Assembly (NCBI GenBank): GCA_951406725.2
Contig: OX597831.1
Coordinates: 32,364,001 to 32,428,000, forward strand
DNA length: 64,000 bases
DNA from: Octopus vulgaris
Taxonomy: Eukaryota
Direction: 5' to 3'
Made by a program: the position numbers and the translations under genes. The first letter of the stretch is position 1, and the number at the start of each line of letters is the position of its first letter. The notes under the pieces were generated by a model. The model saw nothing but the letters and a program-made list of their open reading frames with translations. It did not search any database and was not told the DNA's origin. Below are positions 1 through 12,465 of this stretch, one piece after another.

Positions 1-33
1 TAGAAAGATGTAGAGGGAGTCACACGCAAGGAG

Positions 34-210
34 GGAGACATACACAGAGAGAGAGAAAGGCAGAGAGACATACACAGAGAGAGAGAAAAGCAGAGAGACA
101 TACAGAGAGAGAGAGAAAGGCAGAGAGACATACACAGAGAGAGAGAAAGGCAGAGAGACATACACAGAGAGACATACACAGAGAGAGAGAAAGGCAGAGA
201 GACATACACA
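34..210. repeat. ~30-bp minisatellite (GAGAGAGAGAAAGGCAGAGAGACATACACA)n
   Basis: About 6 near-identical tandem units. Confidence 0.85.
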
Positions 211-416
211 GCAAATGTGAGAGGAAGGAAGAAAGAAACGAAGAGTGAAAGGAGAAAGAGGGAGAGAGAGAAACGAGGAGTAGTAAGAAATGAGAAGGAG
301 AGATATGCATGGGAGGAAAGAGAGAGAGAGAGAGAGATGTGTTTCATGTCAGACGTCGGTGGTCTTTAATTACAATTATGATGATGGTAATGATTGCACT
401 TGTACAGATGATGGCT

Positions 417-432
417 AGTAGTAGTAGTATTG

Positions 433-506
<74 letters not shown>

Positions 507-597
507 GGTGGTGGTGGCAGTAGTAGCAGAAACACTGAGTGAAAGAAAGAGGTAGCTTAATGCTTGGTGGTTGCGGTGGTGGTGGTGGTGGTGGTGA
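417..597. repeat. (TAG)n/(TGG)n trinucleotide microsatellites
   Basis: Long pure gta and ggt runs; explain the poly-S/G/L/T ORFs. Confidence 0.95.
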
Positions 598-730
598 AGG
601 TGAGTCGCACGTTCAGAATACACTGATGATGATGATGGTGATGGTGACGGTGGTTACGGCGACAAAGTAGCAGTGAGAGGGGATGCGACATAAGCGAGAG
701 TACATGTACACATATGCATGTGTACACCCC

Positions 731-793
731 CCTCTCTCTCTCTCTCTCTCTCGTGTGTGTGTGTGTGTGTATGTATGCATGTATGTATGCGTA

Positions 794-851
<58 letters not shown>

Positions 852-925
852 CACACACACGCATACAAAGAGAGGCATACGCACAAATACACACACCTGT
901 GTGTATGAATGAATGAATGAATGAA
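731..925. repeat. Compound (CT)n(GT)n(TA)n(CA)n(GAAT)n microsatellite
   Basis: Visible directly. Confidence 0.95.
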
Positions 926-1461
926 TTGGTGAATGCGAGATGGGATGTTGAAAAAGAATGCAGAGTCACGTCCAGAGGAAAACGAAAGATGTGGAGGATG
1001 GCTTTTCCCCAAATTCACCCTGCCTGCCTTCTTAATTTTCACGATGTTAAAACAACAACAACGATAATAATAACAGCATGTATAAGTAAGTGGTGGCAAT
1101 AATAAAGAGAGAGAGAAAGTAAAGGAAAAGATAAATAAAAAAAAAAAAAGAACATACGCGAGGAGAGAGAAGAAAATGAAATGGTTGTGGGATGAGGAAG
1201 AGAGACAGTCACGTAGAGACGGGAGAGAGAGAGAGAGAGAGAGGCATGTAAATGGACGAGAGAGAGAGAGGCACGTAAAGAGATGCGAGAGAGAGGAGAC
1301 AGACAGAGAGCGACCAAGAGATCTAAGTACATATACACTAAAAGTGTTTGAGGAAGGTAGAAGAATTTATTTTTTAATTAGAATTTAAGAAATTAAAATT
1401 AATTAAGAGCATGAGGGGATTGAGTACACTTCTTCAAGTTACGTATATGTAAATTATACAT

Positions 1462-1845
1462 GTGCAAGAATAGCAGCTGTGTGGTTAAGAACTTTGCTTA
1501 TAAACCCCCCGTGGTATTGGATGTAGTCCCACTGTACAGCACCTTGGGTAAGCATCTTCAGGGGGACCCAAGTCTTGTGAGGGGATTTAGTATAAACTGA
1601 AACGAACCTCTGTGCGTTTGTGCATTGGTATGCGTTTCCTTGTCTTGACATTGAGAGCTGTAAATAAGTGTCACCACCATACAAGCAGTGTTACCTGTTA
1701 CTTAATCTTCTTTGAAAGCATGTCTAGTCATGGGGAAATATTTACCTTATTTGGAAACAGGTGAGCGCTGGCAACCGGAAGGGCATCTGGCCATAGAAAG
1801 TCTGCCTCAAATTCCATTTGACCCACGAGGGCATGGAAACATTAA
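1462..1845 (+). mobile_element. SINE with family-B tRNA-like head and family-D-like tail (chimeric, old)
   Basis: Head agctgtgtggttaagaactttgc...gtcccactgtacagcaccttggg matches family B; 3' part ggaagggcatctggccatagaaa...gcatggaaac matches the family D tail. Confidence 0.6.
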
Positions 1846-3739
1846 AACAATAATATGTAAATTGTTTGATAAGCCTCTTTGGCGAAACTTCGAAGTTACA
1901 GTCAACTTATGTATTACAACATTTGTAGTTTCCTTACTCCAAATTCTCACAAAATTTGAAACCATTATTATTATCCTTTTCTGTAAAATAGAAATCAGTA
2001 CCATGTGTTTTAATTCACAGCTCACCAGTTCCAATAAGTGAAACTAGTGCACTTTAGGGTATCTTTTGTTATCACAACCAATGAAAATGAAGTTTGTGAA
2101 TCCATATACTAAAAGCTGTGATCTATTTCCCCTTCACTTTGCCAATACATGCCAAATAAAATGGAAGTTTCTCTCTCTCTGCAAATTTATGCATAAGTTT
2201 GTTAGAAGAGATTCAAGTGATATAAACAAGATTAAAACTAGGTCTTGCAATTGAAACAGTGCAAGCTTTCTATCAATCAGTGATCTTCAACTGTATGCAT
2301 TCATTTGGACAATTTCTATCTCTGACCTCACTCTGTGGACTCTAAATAAGAGCTGTGTGTGTGTGTGTGTGTGCACGTGCACACACACACACACATATAT
2401 ACACACACCCATACCATGTGCATGAGATTTTCTTCACACGTCTCTACACCCAAATGATACTAACACTTCACATTCTTTCCTTTCTTTATTGTTAGTAAAA
2501 TTGGTATACATAGTGACCTCCTTTATTCGATTACTTTAGCCTATATTATAAATAGGGTTTTTAGGAATACTTGTTCCTATCTGGCCCTTAAAGGTCTTGT
2601 CAAATGACTTTAGCACCCCTGTTGCAAATCCAGGCAGAGTTGGCTTTTGAGGAGAGCAAAAGAAAGCCAGGAACCCTAGTGGAACAAAATCAAGATAGAG
2701 AGGGAGTAACACTGGAAAATAAGATGGTTGAAAGACTCACCACATATACTGGGCTCTAATAAGTTTCTCAGTTGGCCTAGAACAGGTATGAGCACCCCAT
2801 GGATGTCTTTTACTCAACACATAATTATCTCTAATTAAATAAAATCGTTCACTTTTCACTTGGGCTGCAGCCATGCTGGGTTTTTTTTAAGGCCCTGTAT
2901 TTATTCTGTCAGTTTCTTTTGCCTAATCACAACAGGGATGTAAATACACCAACACTGGTTGTCAAGTGATGCTGAGGGACAAACACACAATGCATAAACA
3001 AAGCCTGAAAGACAGCATAGAGATGCAAGGTGTGTTTTATAAATTTATCAATTTAAAGTATTGTAAAAGCATAAAACTATTTGTAACTTTTTCATAATTG
3101 ATATTTATCTCTCACTAGATTGAGTACATTTTTTGTTGATTCCACCAATATATGATATATACATATATATATAAAAGGATGTTTTAATACTATTCCACAG
3201 CCATACCAACAATCCAATAATACTAATCTACATATACAAAAACAGCCATATGAACAATCCAACATATGTCCATCATCAGCTGCCCCACAAATATCATTAT
3301 GGTTTCGACACCTGAGCAGTACCATTCAATCTGGTGGTGTCAACAGCACTAAAATAAGAGTTGTTTGGGAACAAACAAACCAAAGAAACCACAACTTTCA
3401 AACACATTTACCCTATGTACAACTGTATCGGTAAATAAATTCCATAAGTAAATTACAACTTCTCTTAAATACATAACTAAACAGTGACAACTCTATTAAG
3501 TCATTAAATTTATAATCCCTACCATCTTCCATAGTGTAAGACTAATAACCTGATGTAGAACTCAATATACATCTGTTTTAGAACAAAGTGTTAAATAAGT
3601 ATAAGGTAGGAATAAGAGAGATGACAGGAAAAATAATGGTTGTTATGAATCAGTGTTTTTTCTGCGTCATCTCTTTGTCTCATATCTATATACACACACG
3701 CACTCTCTCTCTTTCTCTCTCACTCACACACACACACAA

Positions 3740-3892
3740 TGGGCTTCTTTCAGTTTCCATCTCTCAAATCCACTCCCAAGGCTCTGGTCAGCCTTGAAGC
3801 TATAGTAGAAGACACTTCCCCAAGGTGCCACTTGGTGGGACTGAACCTAGAACTGTGCAGCTAGAAAGTACACATCTTACCACACAGCCACA
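3740..3892 (-). mobile_element. SINE family B, 5' half
   Basis: Matches 25735-25890 and the reverse complement of 57777-57935. Confidence 0.8.
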
Positions 3893-5377
3893 ATGGCACC
3901 ACGACAGAAACCCCTCGTTTTCATGTTTCTCTCTGATTTAGTGCTGCTCAATTATCAGACTCAACATTGCAAGTTTGAACAGAGAAGTAGTGGCATGCAT
4001 TCCTTTTTCATAAGATGTTTGATATATCTGATGGCTGAGTAAGGAGTGAGAGGTGGGGGGAGGGGAGAGGTGGCAGTAGAGATTGAAGCGAAATGCAATG
4101 AAGCGAGGTGGTATTAAGCTGATCGTTAACAGAGAGTTAAAAAGGCTAATCAACAGATTTATTGAATGGCGGCAACAATTAAGATAACGATGATGATGAT
4201 GATGACGAGGATGATTGTGGTAGCAGTGGTGAGGGACATCATATGATGCAGAAAATAAAATGAAAGGTAAATGAAATGAAATAAAATAAATACTGTGCAA
4301 TCATAGAAAGTAGAATAAAATAGAGAAAAAAAAAATGATGAAAATATGGAGAGAGGAAAAAATGGAGATGAAGCAGAGGGGGAATTGGAGAGAAAGAAAA
4401 GGGAGAAAAGAGAGGAAATGGAGAGAAATGAGAAGAAATAATGATGGTTTATGGAAAAAAAGAGATGATGTGAAATGTTTTAGGGTTGTTTCAATGAAAA
4501 ATTTGTTAGGAATATTAGTGAGAGTATAGTTTTAGGGAAATATCGTCTGAATGTTGTCTGAAGATGGAGAGAAATCTTGGTGTCATGTGATGCTCTGTGT
4601 GTGTGTGTAGATAGGGAGAGAGAGTGAAAGAAAAAGAGGCAGTGAGTAAAACAAATAGAAAGGGAGGGAGGTGAATGAGTTTGTAGACAAAGAGGAAGAG
4701 TGAAAGAGAGAGAGAGAGTAAAACAAAGAGAGAGGGGTTGCTGTGTGTGTAGATAGAGTCAAGCAGAGAGAGGGAGTGAAAGAGTGGGAGTGAGTAAAAC
4801 AAAGAGAGTGAGTCAGTAAACAGGGAGAGAGAGAGAGAGAGAGTGTGTGTGGGTGAAAGAGAAAGGAAAAAATAGTGATAAAGAAAGTTGACTTAATAAA
4901 GGGAGAGATGCAAAAGGAAAGAGAGATGGAGAAAGGGAGAAAAATTCAAGAAATAGTGAGAAAGGACATGAGAGAGAGAGAGAGAGAGTGAGAAACAGGG
5001 AGTGTAGGACTGAGGGAATAAAAATGAGAGAATAGAGAAAGTAAAGGTAATAAAGGAGGGTGAAGGAAGTGATAGAAAGGTTAGAGAAATGAGAGAGAGA
5101 GACCAGGAGAATATGTAGGAAGAAGGGGTGAGGAAGGAAATAAGGGAAAGGAAGATGAACGAGGAGGAAAAGGAGGAGGAGATATTAAAGAGTTGCAAAT
5201 TTAGGGAGATGAGATGGGGGACACAGATTAGTTGATGGTCAGAGAGAGAGAGAGAGAGAGAAAGACAAAGACAGACTGATAGGCATACAAAGATGGAGAC
5301 AGATGGGCAGACATGTATGCATGTGTGTGTATATATCTGTATATGTGCTTGCCTCTGTGCATGTGTGCGTGCACATT

Positions 5378-5500
5378 TGGATAGACAGACAGTCAGACAG
5401 ATGGGCAGATGGATGGATAGACAGACAGTCAGACAGATGGGCAGATGGATGGATAGACAGACAGTCAGACAGATGGGCAGATGGATGGATAGACAGGCAG
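5378..5500. repeat. 36-bp minisatellite (ATAGACAGACAGTCAGACAGATGGGCAGATGGATGG) x3+
   Basis: Three exact tandem copies. Confidence 0.9.
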
Positions 5501-6160
5501 GCAGATAGACAGGCAGGCAGGTAGATGAAACTAATGGCCTTCTGCTTTGCATTAAAATCCCACCAAGATTTGATTCCTCTTCTTCGAATAAGTCAGTGTT
5601 TTGGACTCAATAAAAAACAAGAAGTTCCAATCAGCCACGGTTGATTGAATGTTGGATGAGGCCTCAAGATGCTGTCAACAGCTTAGATCTACCTGTCCAG
5701 TTTGGCTAATTATAAATTGGATCAATAGGCTCTAAATACATGGGGTACACTTGGAAGTTGCCCAGGTACCCTAAGGGGACCCAATACTAATCTGTTTATG
5801 CTGTGGTTGTGTAAGTAGGGGCCTCAGAGCATTGTTTTTCCCATGGGGCTCTAAAATATTTTTAAATCATCACTCAATTGGACAGGGTTGTTTTAGTAGC
5901 TGGATAATTAACAACGGCCCATTGGCACCAGAAAGCAACAAACTAGAACAGATGCCACAACAGTCTAAAAATTCCAGCACTCCCTGCTTCTAGACTTTGA
6001 CCTCATTTTTGTCTCCCAAAAGAATGCCAGTCAACAGTGGCCTTCACAGGATTTGAACTCAAACCCCAGAGAATCATAATGAATACCACAAGACAGTCTA
6101 GTTAATATTCTAATCACTTGACCAATTGCTGTCTAAGTTATCATCATCTTAATAAGAGTA

Positions 6161-6376
6161 ATCCTTTCTACTAAAGGCACAAGGGCTGAAATTTCAGGGA
6201 AGGGACTAGTTGATTGCATTAACCCCAGTGTATCAGTGGTACTTATTTCACTGACCCCCGAAAGGATGAAAGGCAAAGTCGACCTTGGCAGAATTTGAAC
6301 TCAGAACATAGCAACAAGTGAAATGCCATGAAGTATTTTGCCCGGTATGCTAACGTTTCTGCCTGCTTGCTACCTT
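6161..6376 (-). mobile_element. SINE family A (tRNA-like head, gcctttcatcctttcggggtcgataa core)
   Basis: Full-length similarity to the copies at 23371-23585 and 40638-40857; B-box-like gagttcaaattc on the minus strand. Confidence 0.85.
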
Positions 6377-6530
6377 CATCATCATCATCATCATCGTCGT
6401 CGTTTAGCGTCCGTTTTCCATGCTAGCATGGGTTGGACGGTTCTACTGGGGTCTGTGAAACCAGAAGGCTTCATCAGGCCCAGTCAAATCTGGCAGTGTT
6501 TCTACGGCTGGATGCCCTTCCTAACGCCAT
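6377..6530 (-). mobile_element. SINE/LINE-tail family D, 3' end with (GAT)n tail
   Basis: catcatcgtcgtttagcgtccgttttccatgctagcatgggttggacgg recurs more than 10 times in the window. Confidence 0.8.
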
Positions 6531-6557
6531 AATAATAATTTTTTCATAATAATAATT

Positions 6558-6766
6558 TTTTCTACTATAGGCACAGGGCCTCACATTTGGGGGAAGGGAT
6601 TAGGTTGATTACATCAACCCCAGTGTTTCACTGGCACTTAATTTATCGATCCCAAAAGGATGAAAGGCAAAGTCGATCTCTGCGAAATTTGAACTCAGAA
6701 CATAGTGATGGGCAAAATACTAAGCATTTTGTCCAGAGCGCTAATGATTCTGTCAACTCACTTCCA
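6558..6766 (-). mobile_element. SINE family A
   Basis: Same core and head as other A copies. Confidence 0.85.
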
Positions 6767-7069
6767 TAATAATAATAATGTTATTATATGAAATACGCTG
6801 GTATACTACAATTCATCAGAAAAGATAAAAGAGGGGAGAAAAAAAGAAGTCATGTAAGTGAAATAGAGAAAGACAGCAATGAAAGTTAGAATTACATGTA
6901 CAGTGCAAAAAATTAAAAATATTAAAAACAGAAAAGAGCCATAAAGAGGAAAGAGTAGAAAAGGAAAGTCAGGAATAGTTATGGTGTATTTTGGGAAGCA
7001 GGGAATTCTTGTAGGATGCAGTGTCCTGACCAGCTCTCAACCAATGTGGGTAAGCCCTACTCTCTTATC

Positions 7070-7430
7070 TGTTGCCGGGTCATAGTGCTAGTGCATGCAT
7101 ATACAGCTGCGTGCGTGTGCACATACACGCGACTACTGTCCAAATCTCCAACCAATCACATACAGCTAGCCAGCATTCAATTGGTGTATCAAGTTTTGGG
7201 CATTTTGATAGGGTTTTAGATAGAAAATTCACCAAAAAAAGTCACTTCTATTGATTTTTTAATGACTTTGCGGGGTGACTGGGGAAATGTAAAGATATGC
7301 ACGACCACCCTTGGACGGTTTTGAATGACCATAGAAAGTAGGAGTGCTCTAACTGAAAAATTGTGGATTTGTATAACGGACATGCACACACACACACAGA
7401 CAGACATTTTGCCATTTATATATAGAGAGA
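7070..7430 (-). mobile_element. Non-autonomous Helitron-like element
   Basis: Minus-strand 5' end TCTCTATATATAAATGGCAAAATGTCTGTCTGTGTG resembles a Helitron 5' terminus plus microsatellite; 3' end incomplete. Confidence 0.4.
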
Positions 7431-7699
7431 TAATATGTATGAGCCAAGAGAAACCTCTACAGGGTGGTTTGACCTGGTAGAAATAATAGCCAAATCTGAC
7501 TCAAATATGATGATGATAATAATAATGAGCTTATTGTATGCAGGACTCAGGTTCACTACAGTTCACCAGAAAATGGTAAAAGAGGGAACAGAAAGCAGAC
7601 TTACAAGTCAAGTAAAGAAAGCCAGAAATGAAAGCCAAAAGTAGTAGAATAAAACACAAAAAGAAAGAAAAGTGAACAGTAAAAGAGTCTTAAAGAGGA

Positions 7700-8120
7700 A
7701 AAGGATGATTAGGTGAATTTGGGAAGCTAGGATCTTTTGAAGATTGAAGTAGCCTGAGAGTTAGTTTATTCCAGGCTCTGACAAATCTAAATGTGAAAAA
7801 CTGTTTGCAAAACTCGTTTGCTGTGGTGGTTTTTGTTTTTTTTAAATTGTTTTTGTAAGCATGTCCAGGAGTTGTAGAGATATTAAATTTAAAAAGGTGG
7901 CCAGAGTTGTTGTTGTTATTGTTTGAAAGATGGATAATCTTGTGGATATCTGTTAAGTCAGCTACTAGATGCAGAAATTTTAGTGTGTCAATGCTCAGAG
8001 AAGCAATACGTTCACCATATTTTAAGTGACTAACAGAGGTTATTCACCTGGTTGCACATGTCTGGCCAGGTTCCAACAGATCGATATTCAGGACAAGACG
8101 AGGGTTCCACCATTGATTTA
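7700..8120 (-). pseudogene. CR1/L2-like LINE ORF2 C-terminal fragment with 3' UTR, degenerate
   Basis: Minus strand reads WNPRLVLNIDLLE..ATR*ITSVSHLKYGERIASLSIDTL, the post-RT region of CR1-clade ORF2; homologous to 10971-11165. Confidence 0.7.
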
Positions 8121-8239
8121 AGATCAACTTCTATACTGGAGTGAGTTTGATGGGTTGTCACAGTTCAAGTCAGTTATTATTTGGTATTATTGCCCTCAAG
8201 TTGGCAGACTTATTAGTGCAGTGGATATAGCACTAAGCT

Positions 8240-8720
8240 ATCATCATCATCATCATTTAACGTATGCTTTCCATGCTGGCATGGGTTGGATGGTTTGACT
8301 GAGGGACTGGTGAGCCAGAAGGCTGCACCAGGTTCAGTCTGATCTGGCAAAGTTTCTACAGATGGATGCCCTTCCTAACGCCAGCCACTCCGAGAGTGTA
8401 GTGGATGCTTTTATGTGCCACCGGCACGAGGGTCAGTCAGGCGGTTCTGACAACAACTACGCTCAAAAGGTGTTTTTTACATGCTACCTGCATGGGAACC
8501 AGTCTGGCAGCACTGGCAATGACCACGCTCCAATGTTGTTTTACACGTGCCACCAGCACATGTACTGGTAAGGCGACGCTGACAACAATCATGCTTGAAT
8601 GGTGCTTTTTACGTGTCACTGGCACGGGGGCCAATCTGCAGCCCTGGTAACGATCATGCTTGGATGTGCTTTTAATGTTCCACTGGCATGAGTGCTAATC
8701 AGGCAGTACTGTCATCGGCC
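8240..8720 (-). mobile_element. SINE-like family D with internal ~50-bp tandem subrepeats
   Basis: (CAT)n on the plus strand, then repeated gtgcttttacgtgccaccggcacg units. Confidence 0.85.
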
Positions 8721-9037
8721 ACTATGTCATGGCTCTATGATCCGAGTTTAAATACCACCAAAGTCAACTTTATCATCCACACTTTTGGGGTTGATAAAAC
8801 AAAGTACCAGTCATGTTCTGGGGTCAATGTATCTGATTAACACCTTCTGCCAAATTTCTAGGCTCTTTTACATTTCTGACATTGTTTCCATAGTTGGGTG
8901 CCCTTCTTAATACCAACAACTTTACAGAGAGGACTGAATGGATTTTATGCTAGCACCAGCACCAGAGAGGTTGTTTTGTCCTCTACAAGACAAAATATTC
9001 TCTCTTCTCCTTCCAAGAGTGTAAAACAAAGAATTAC

Positions 9038-9265
9038 TTAACTCTTTCGTTACTCTATTTATTTTGAGATGCTCTGTGTTTCTTTCAATTACTTTAAATA
9101 TAACAAAGAATTTAGTAAAATAACTTAGTTATCATTCAGCTAGTGTTAAGAACATAAATTGTGACTAAGGTTTGGTGGAAGATTTGAATTCAGAACTTAT
9201 GAAAACAAGATATTTGTATTCAGAGCCAGAGCTGGTTTCAGCCAGGTTGGTAATGAAAGGGTTAA
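9038..9265. mobile_element. piggyBac-like MITE family 1 (TTAA flanks included)
   Basis: TTAA-CTCTTTCGTTAC ... GTAATGAAAGGG-TTAA; second copy at 58618-58848. Confidence 0.85.
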
Positions 9266-9699
9266 AGATTAAACCTAATAAAAAAAATATGACCATATTT
9301 CCCTTTATAGAATATAATTTAAACAACTTATCACCACTGACAACCCCAGAATCTCAATCATCTTCTCCAAGAGTACCTCTACTGTGTCACTGCATCTGCT
9401 AGAAATAGCACCCAAAATTCCCTCACATCACACCCTAGCATCTTAAAAGCAGGAAAACACAAAGTAGTTCCAGACATAGCGTGTCTTGAAATGATGAAAA
9501 TATATAAAAACAAAGACAGGTAAGAGGGTCATGACTGGAATACGAAAATCAAATGTCTGCTCATCTAAGATTATTATTATTATTATTATTGAACCAGGAG
9601 ATGTGGTAATTTGCTGTATTTGATAAGATGCATCAAGCTAAGTAAAACCACTGTCTGCCACACATACAGGCTGGTCCTTTTACACATGCTGGGGGCCAC

Positions 9700-9930
9700 T
9701 TTAAAAGCACCTGTGCTAGTGCTGTGTAAACACACCTGTGCTGGTGGCACATAAAGAGCACCAAGAACACTCTGCTGAGTGATTGGTATTCGGAAGGGCA
9801 TCCAGTCGTAGAAACCATGCCACAACAGACTGCTGGAGTTTGGATAGCTCTCTGCTAGCTAGCTCCATATCAAACCGTCTAACCTATGCTAGCATGGAGA
9901 GCAGACATTAAACCACAATGATGATGATTA
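9700..9930 (+). mobile_element. Family D 3' part
   Basis: ggaagggcatccagtcgtagaaacc...tgctagcatggagagcagacattaaa followed by (GAT)n. Confidence 0.75.
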
Positions 9931-9952
9931 TTAGTATTATTACTATTATTAT

Positions 9953-10129
9953 GGTGGCGAGCTGGCAGAATCGTTAATAGACAGGATGAAATGCTTAGTG
10001 GTATTTTGTCTGTCTTTGCCTTTCATCCTTTTGGGGTCGATAAATTAAGTACCGGTTGAACACTGGGGTCAATGTCATTGACACATCCCCTCCCCCAGAA
10101 TGGCTGTTCTTGTGACAAAATTTAAAACC

Positions 10130-10130
<1 letters not shown>
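9953..10130 (+). mobile_element. SINE family A, internally deleted
   Basis: ggtggcgagctggcagaatcgtta head; core gcctttcatccttttggggtcgataaattaagtacc. Confidence 0.8.
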
Positions 10131-10176
<46 letters not shown>

Positions 10177-10390
10177 GGTGGCAAGCTGGCAGAATCATTA
10201 GCACACCAAGCAAAATGCATAGCGGTATATCATCCATCACTACATTCTGAGTTCAAATTCTGCTGAGGTTGACTTTGCCTTTCATCCTATTGGGGTTGAT
10301 AAATTAAGTACCAGTTAAGTACCGGTGTCGATGTAATCAACTATCCCTCTCCCCACAAATTTCAGGCCTTGTGCCTATAGTAGAAAGGAT
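10177..10390 (+). mobile_element. SINE family A, full length, within (ATT)n
   Basis: Head, gagttcaaattc box, core, tail ggccttgtgcctatagtagaaaggat. Confidence 0.9.
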
Positions 10391-10509
10391 TATTATTATC
10401 ATTATTATTATTATTATTTCAAACAGTTTGATTCAGCCTCATGCAACTTTAAGCTCTGTAGGCTTGTTACAAGAACTTAGCCCATCAGACTCAGATATAA
10501 TAATAATAA

Positions 10510-11165
10510 TGAATGAAATTATTGTGTATAGTGCTCAGGTGCACTACCACTCATTAAAGGTGCATGTGCAGTACATAGAATTATGTACAAAAGTCAGAAA
10601 AGTGAACAATGTATGAGTCATGATATACATGTGTGCATGTGTATGGAGAGGGTGAGGATATCAGGTGTAGTGTTGGCAATTTTCAGAAAGCATGGAGGTT
10701 TTAAAGGATGCAGTGTCTCAGCAACTAACAACTGATGCAGGTAGTTTGTTCTATGCTTCAGCAACGCTGAGTGTGAATAAGTGTTTCTGAAAGTCATGGG
10801 AGCTGTGCTGTTTTTTGACTTTGTAGGCATGCCCACATGTGGTTGTTGGCACAATGGGTAATGATTTTGTGGGTGTTTACTAGGTCAGTTGCCAGACATT
10901 GGAACTTCAATGTGTCCATGCCCAGGGAAGCAAGGTGTTCAGAGTATGGTAGATGCCTCATGGAGGGTATTCATTTGGTTGCACGCCTCTGAACAGTTTC
11001 CAGGAGATCAATGTCCGGAGTAAGATTGGGGTTCCAGAGTGGTGATACAAATTCTGAGTGTGGCCACACCATAGCCATATACAGCCTTAAATAGATAGCT
11101 GGAGAGCGGCTGACAAAGGTCTTGCAGAGTGATGCCAAGATACCCTTGGCCTTCTTGACAATTTT
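10510..11165 (-). pseudogene. CR1-clade LINE 3' fragment (ORF2 C-terminus and 3' UTR)
   Basis: ORF 10971-11204 contains IVKKAKGILASLCKTF...LYMAMVWPHSEFVSPLWNPNLTPDIDLLETVQRRATK, a typical CR1/L2 post-RT motif. Confidence 0.8.
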
Positions 11166-11169
11166 AGAG

Positions 11170-11385
11170 GTGTGTGTGTGTATCTGTTTCTTTCCCACCA
11201 CCACATTGCAACCACTGTTAGTTCGTTTATGTCCTCATAACATAGTGGTTCAACAAAAACGGCACTGATAGATTAAGTACCAGACTTCATCATAAAAATA
11301 AGGCTGTGGGTGATTTAATTCGACTGAACCACTGAAGGTGGCGCCACAGCATGGCTGCAGTCCAATGATTGAAACAAGTGAAAGA
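11170..11385 (+). mobile_element. SINE family B, 3' half
   Basis: Ends cagcatggctgcagtccaatgattgaaacaagtgaaaga. Confidence 0.75.
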
Positions 11386-11888
11386 TATTCATTAAAACAT
11401 CACATAACGACAAACCCCAAACAGATTAACTTAAAGGGTTCATCATACCTTGATCTGATGCTGTGTGTTACAGGTGACAACAGCTAAATTACTAATTACT
11501 ATGCTAGTCACAGGTAATTTCACCAGCAAACACACATTGCCCTTTCTACTTAGTTTCATCTTGATCACACGTATGCATAAGTGTTTATGTCATGAATGTA
11601 AAGAAATCCAGACAGTTGTTTCTGTTGGAGAAAGAAAACAAATACCTAACGACAAGTGTTGGTGACATTGGGAAAAGGGAGACATGATTTCAAGAATAAG
11701 AAATTAATTTCAGAGTGAAGTATATTTTCAAACTTAGAGAAAAACTGAATGCTTAGTTGCAGGGGGATATCGCTATGAACATGTTTCTTCTTTATAAGAC
11801 CTTATCAGCTAAGCATTTGTGTCCAGTGCAGAGAGATAGAGAGACAAAAAAGTTGTAACAAAGAGAAAAACAAATTCTGGAGCCAACA

Positions 11889-12031
11889 TAATTTGCATAA
11901 TTAAAAAAAAAAGGTTAGCTAAGGGAAATAACTCAAGTACATCGTCATTGACATGCATCACCAACAGTTCATACTATTGTCGAAGTTGGAGTTATTTCCC
12001 ATTAGTTTATTCTTTGTAATTATGCAAATTA
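11889..12031. repeat. Imperfect inverted repeat (foldback/MITE-like)
   Basis: taatttgcataatta...gggaaataactc versus gagttatttccc...taattatgcaaatta. Confidence 0.6.
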
Positions 12032-12171
12032 CTACTGACCAAAAGTCTTTTTATATTTCTTTCCCTGCAAAGCAGACTGGAATAACTATGGCTTCCTGAT
12101 GAGGTCCAATAACTAAGAAACATGTCCATAGTTGTCAACTCTTTTCTGCTAAGATTTTTAATCCTGAAGAA

Positions 12172-12465
12172 TCATCATCATCATCGTCGTCGTTTAACGT
12201 CCGCTTTCCATGCTAGCATGGGTTGGACGGTTCAAATGGGGTCTGGGAAGCCAGAAAGCTGCACCAGGCCCAGTCTGATCTGGCAGTGTATGGGGCACTT
12301 TTGATGTGCCACCAGCACAGGTGCCAGACGAGGCTGGCAACGGCCACAATCGGATGGTGCTTTTTACGTGCCACCGGCACGGAGGCCAGTCTGGGCGGCG
12401 CTGGCAACGGCCACGTTCGGATGGTTCTCTTACGTGCTACCGGCACTGGTATCACAGCTACAATT
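12172..12465 (-). mobile_element. SINE-like family D
   Basis: (CAT)n, cgtttaacgtccgctttccatgctagc and tandem subrepeats; CpG-rich, so probably young. Confidence 0.85.

Noticed and set aside
4893-5552. 219-aa ORF with a repeated peptide
   Set aside because: Product of a 36-bp minisatellite and a GA-rich tract.
8400-8700. Regularly spaced repeats inside family D elements resembling a repeat-spacer array
   Set aside because: The intervening segments are similar to each other; these are diverged ~50-bp tandem subrepeats of a retroposon.
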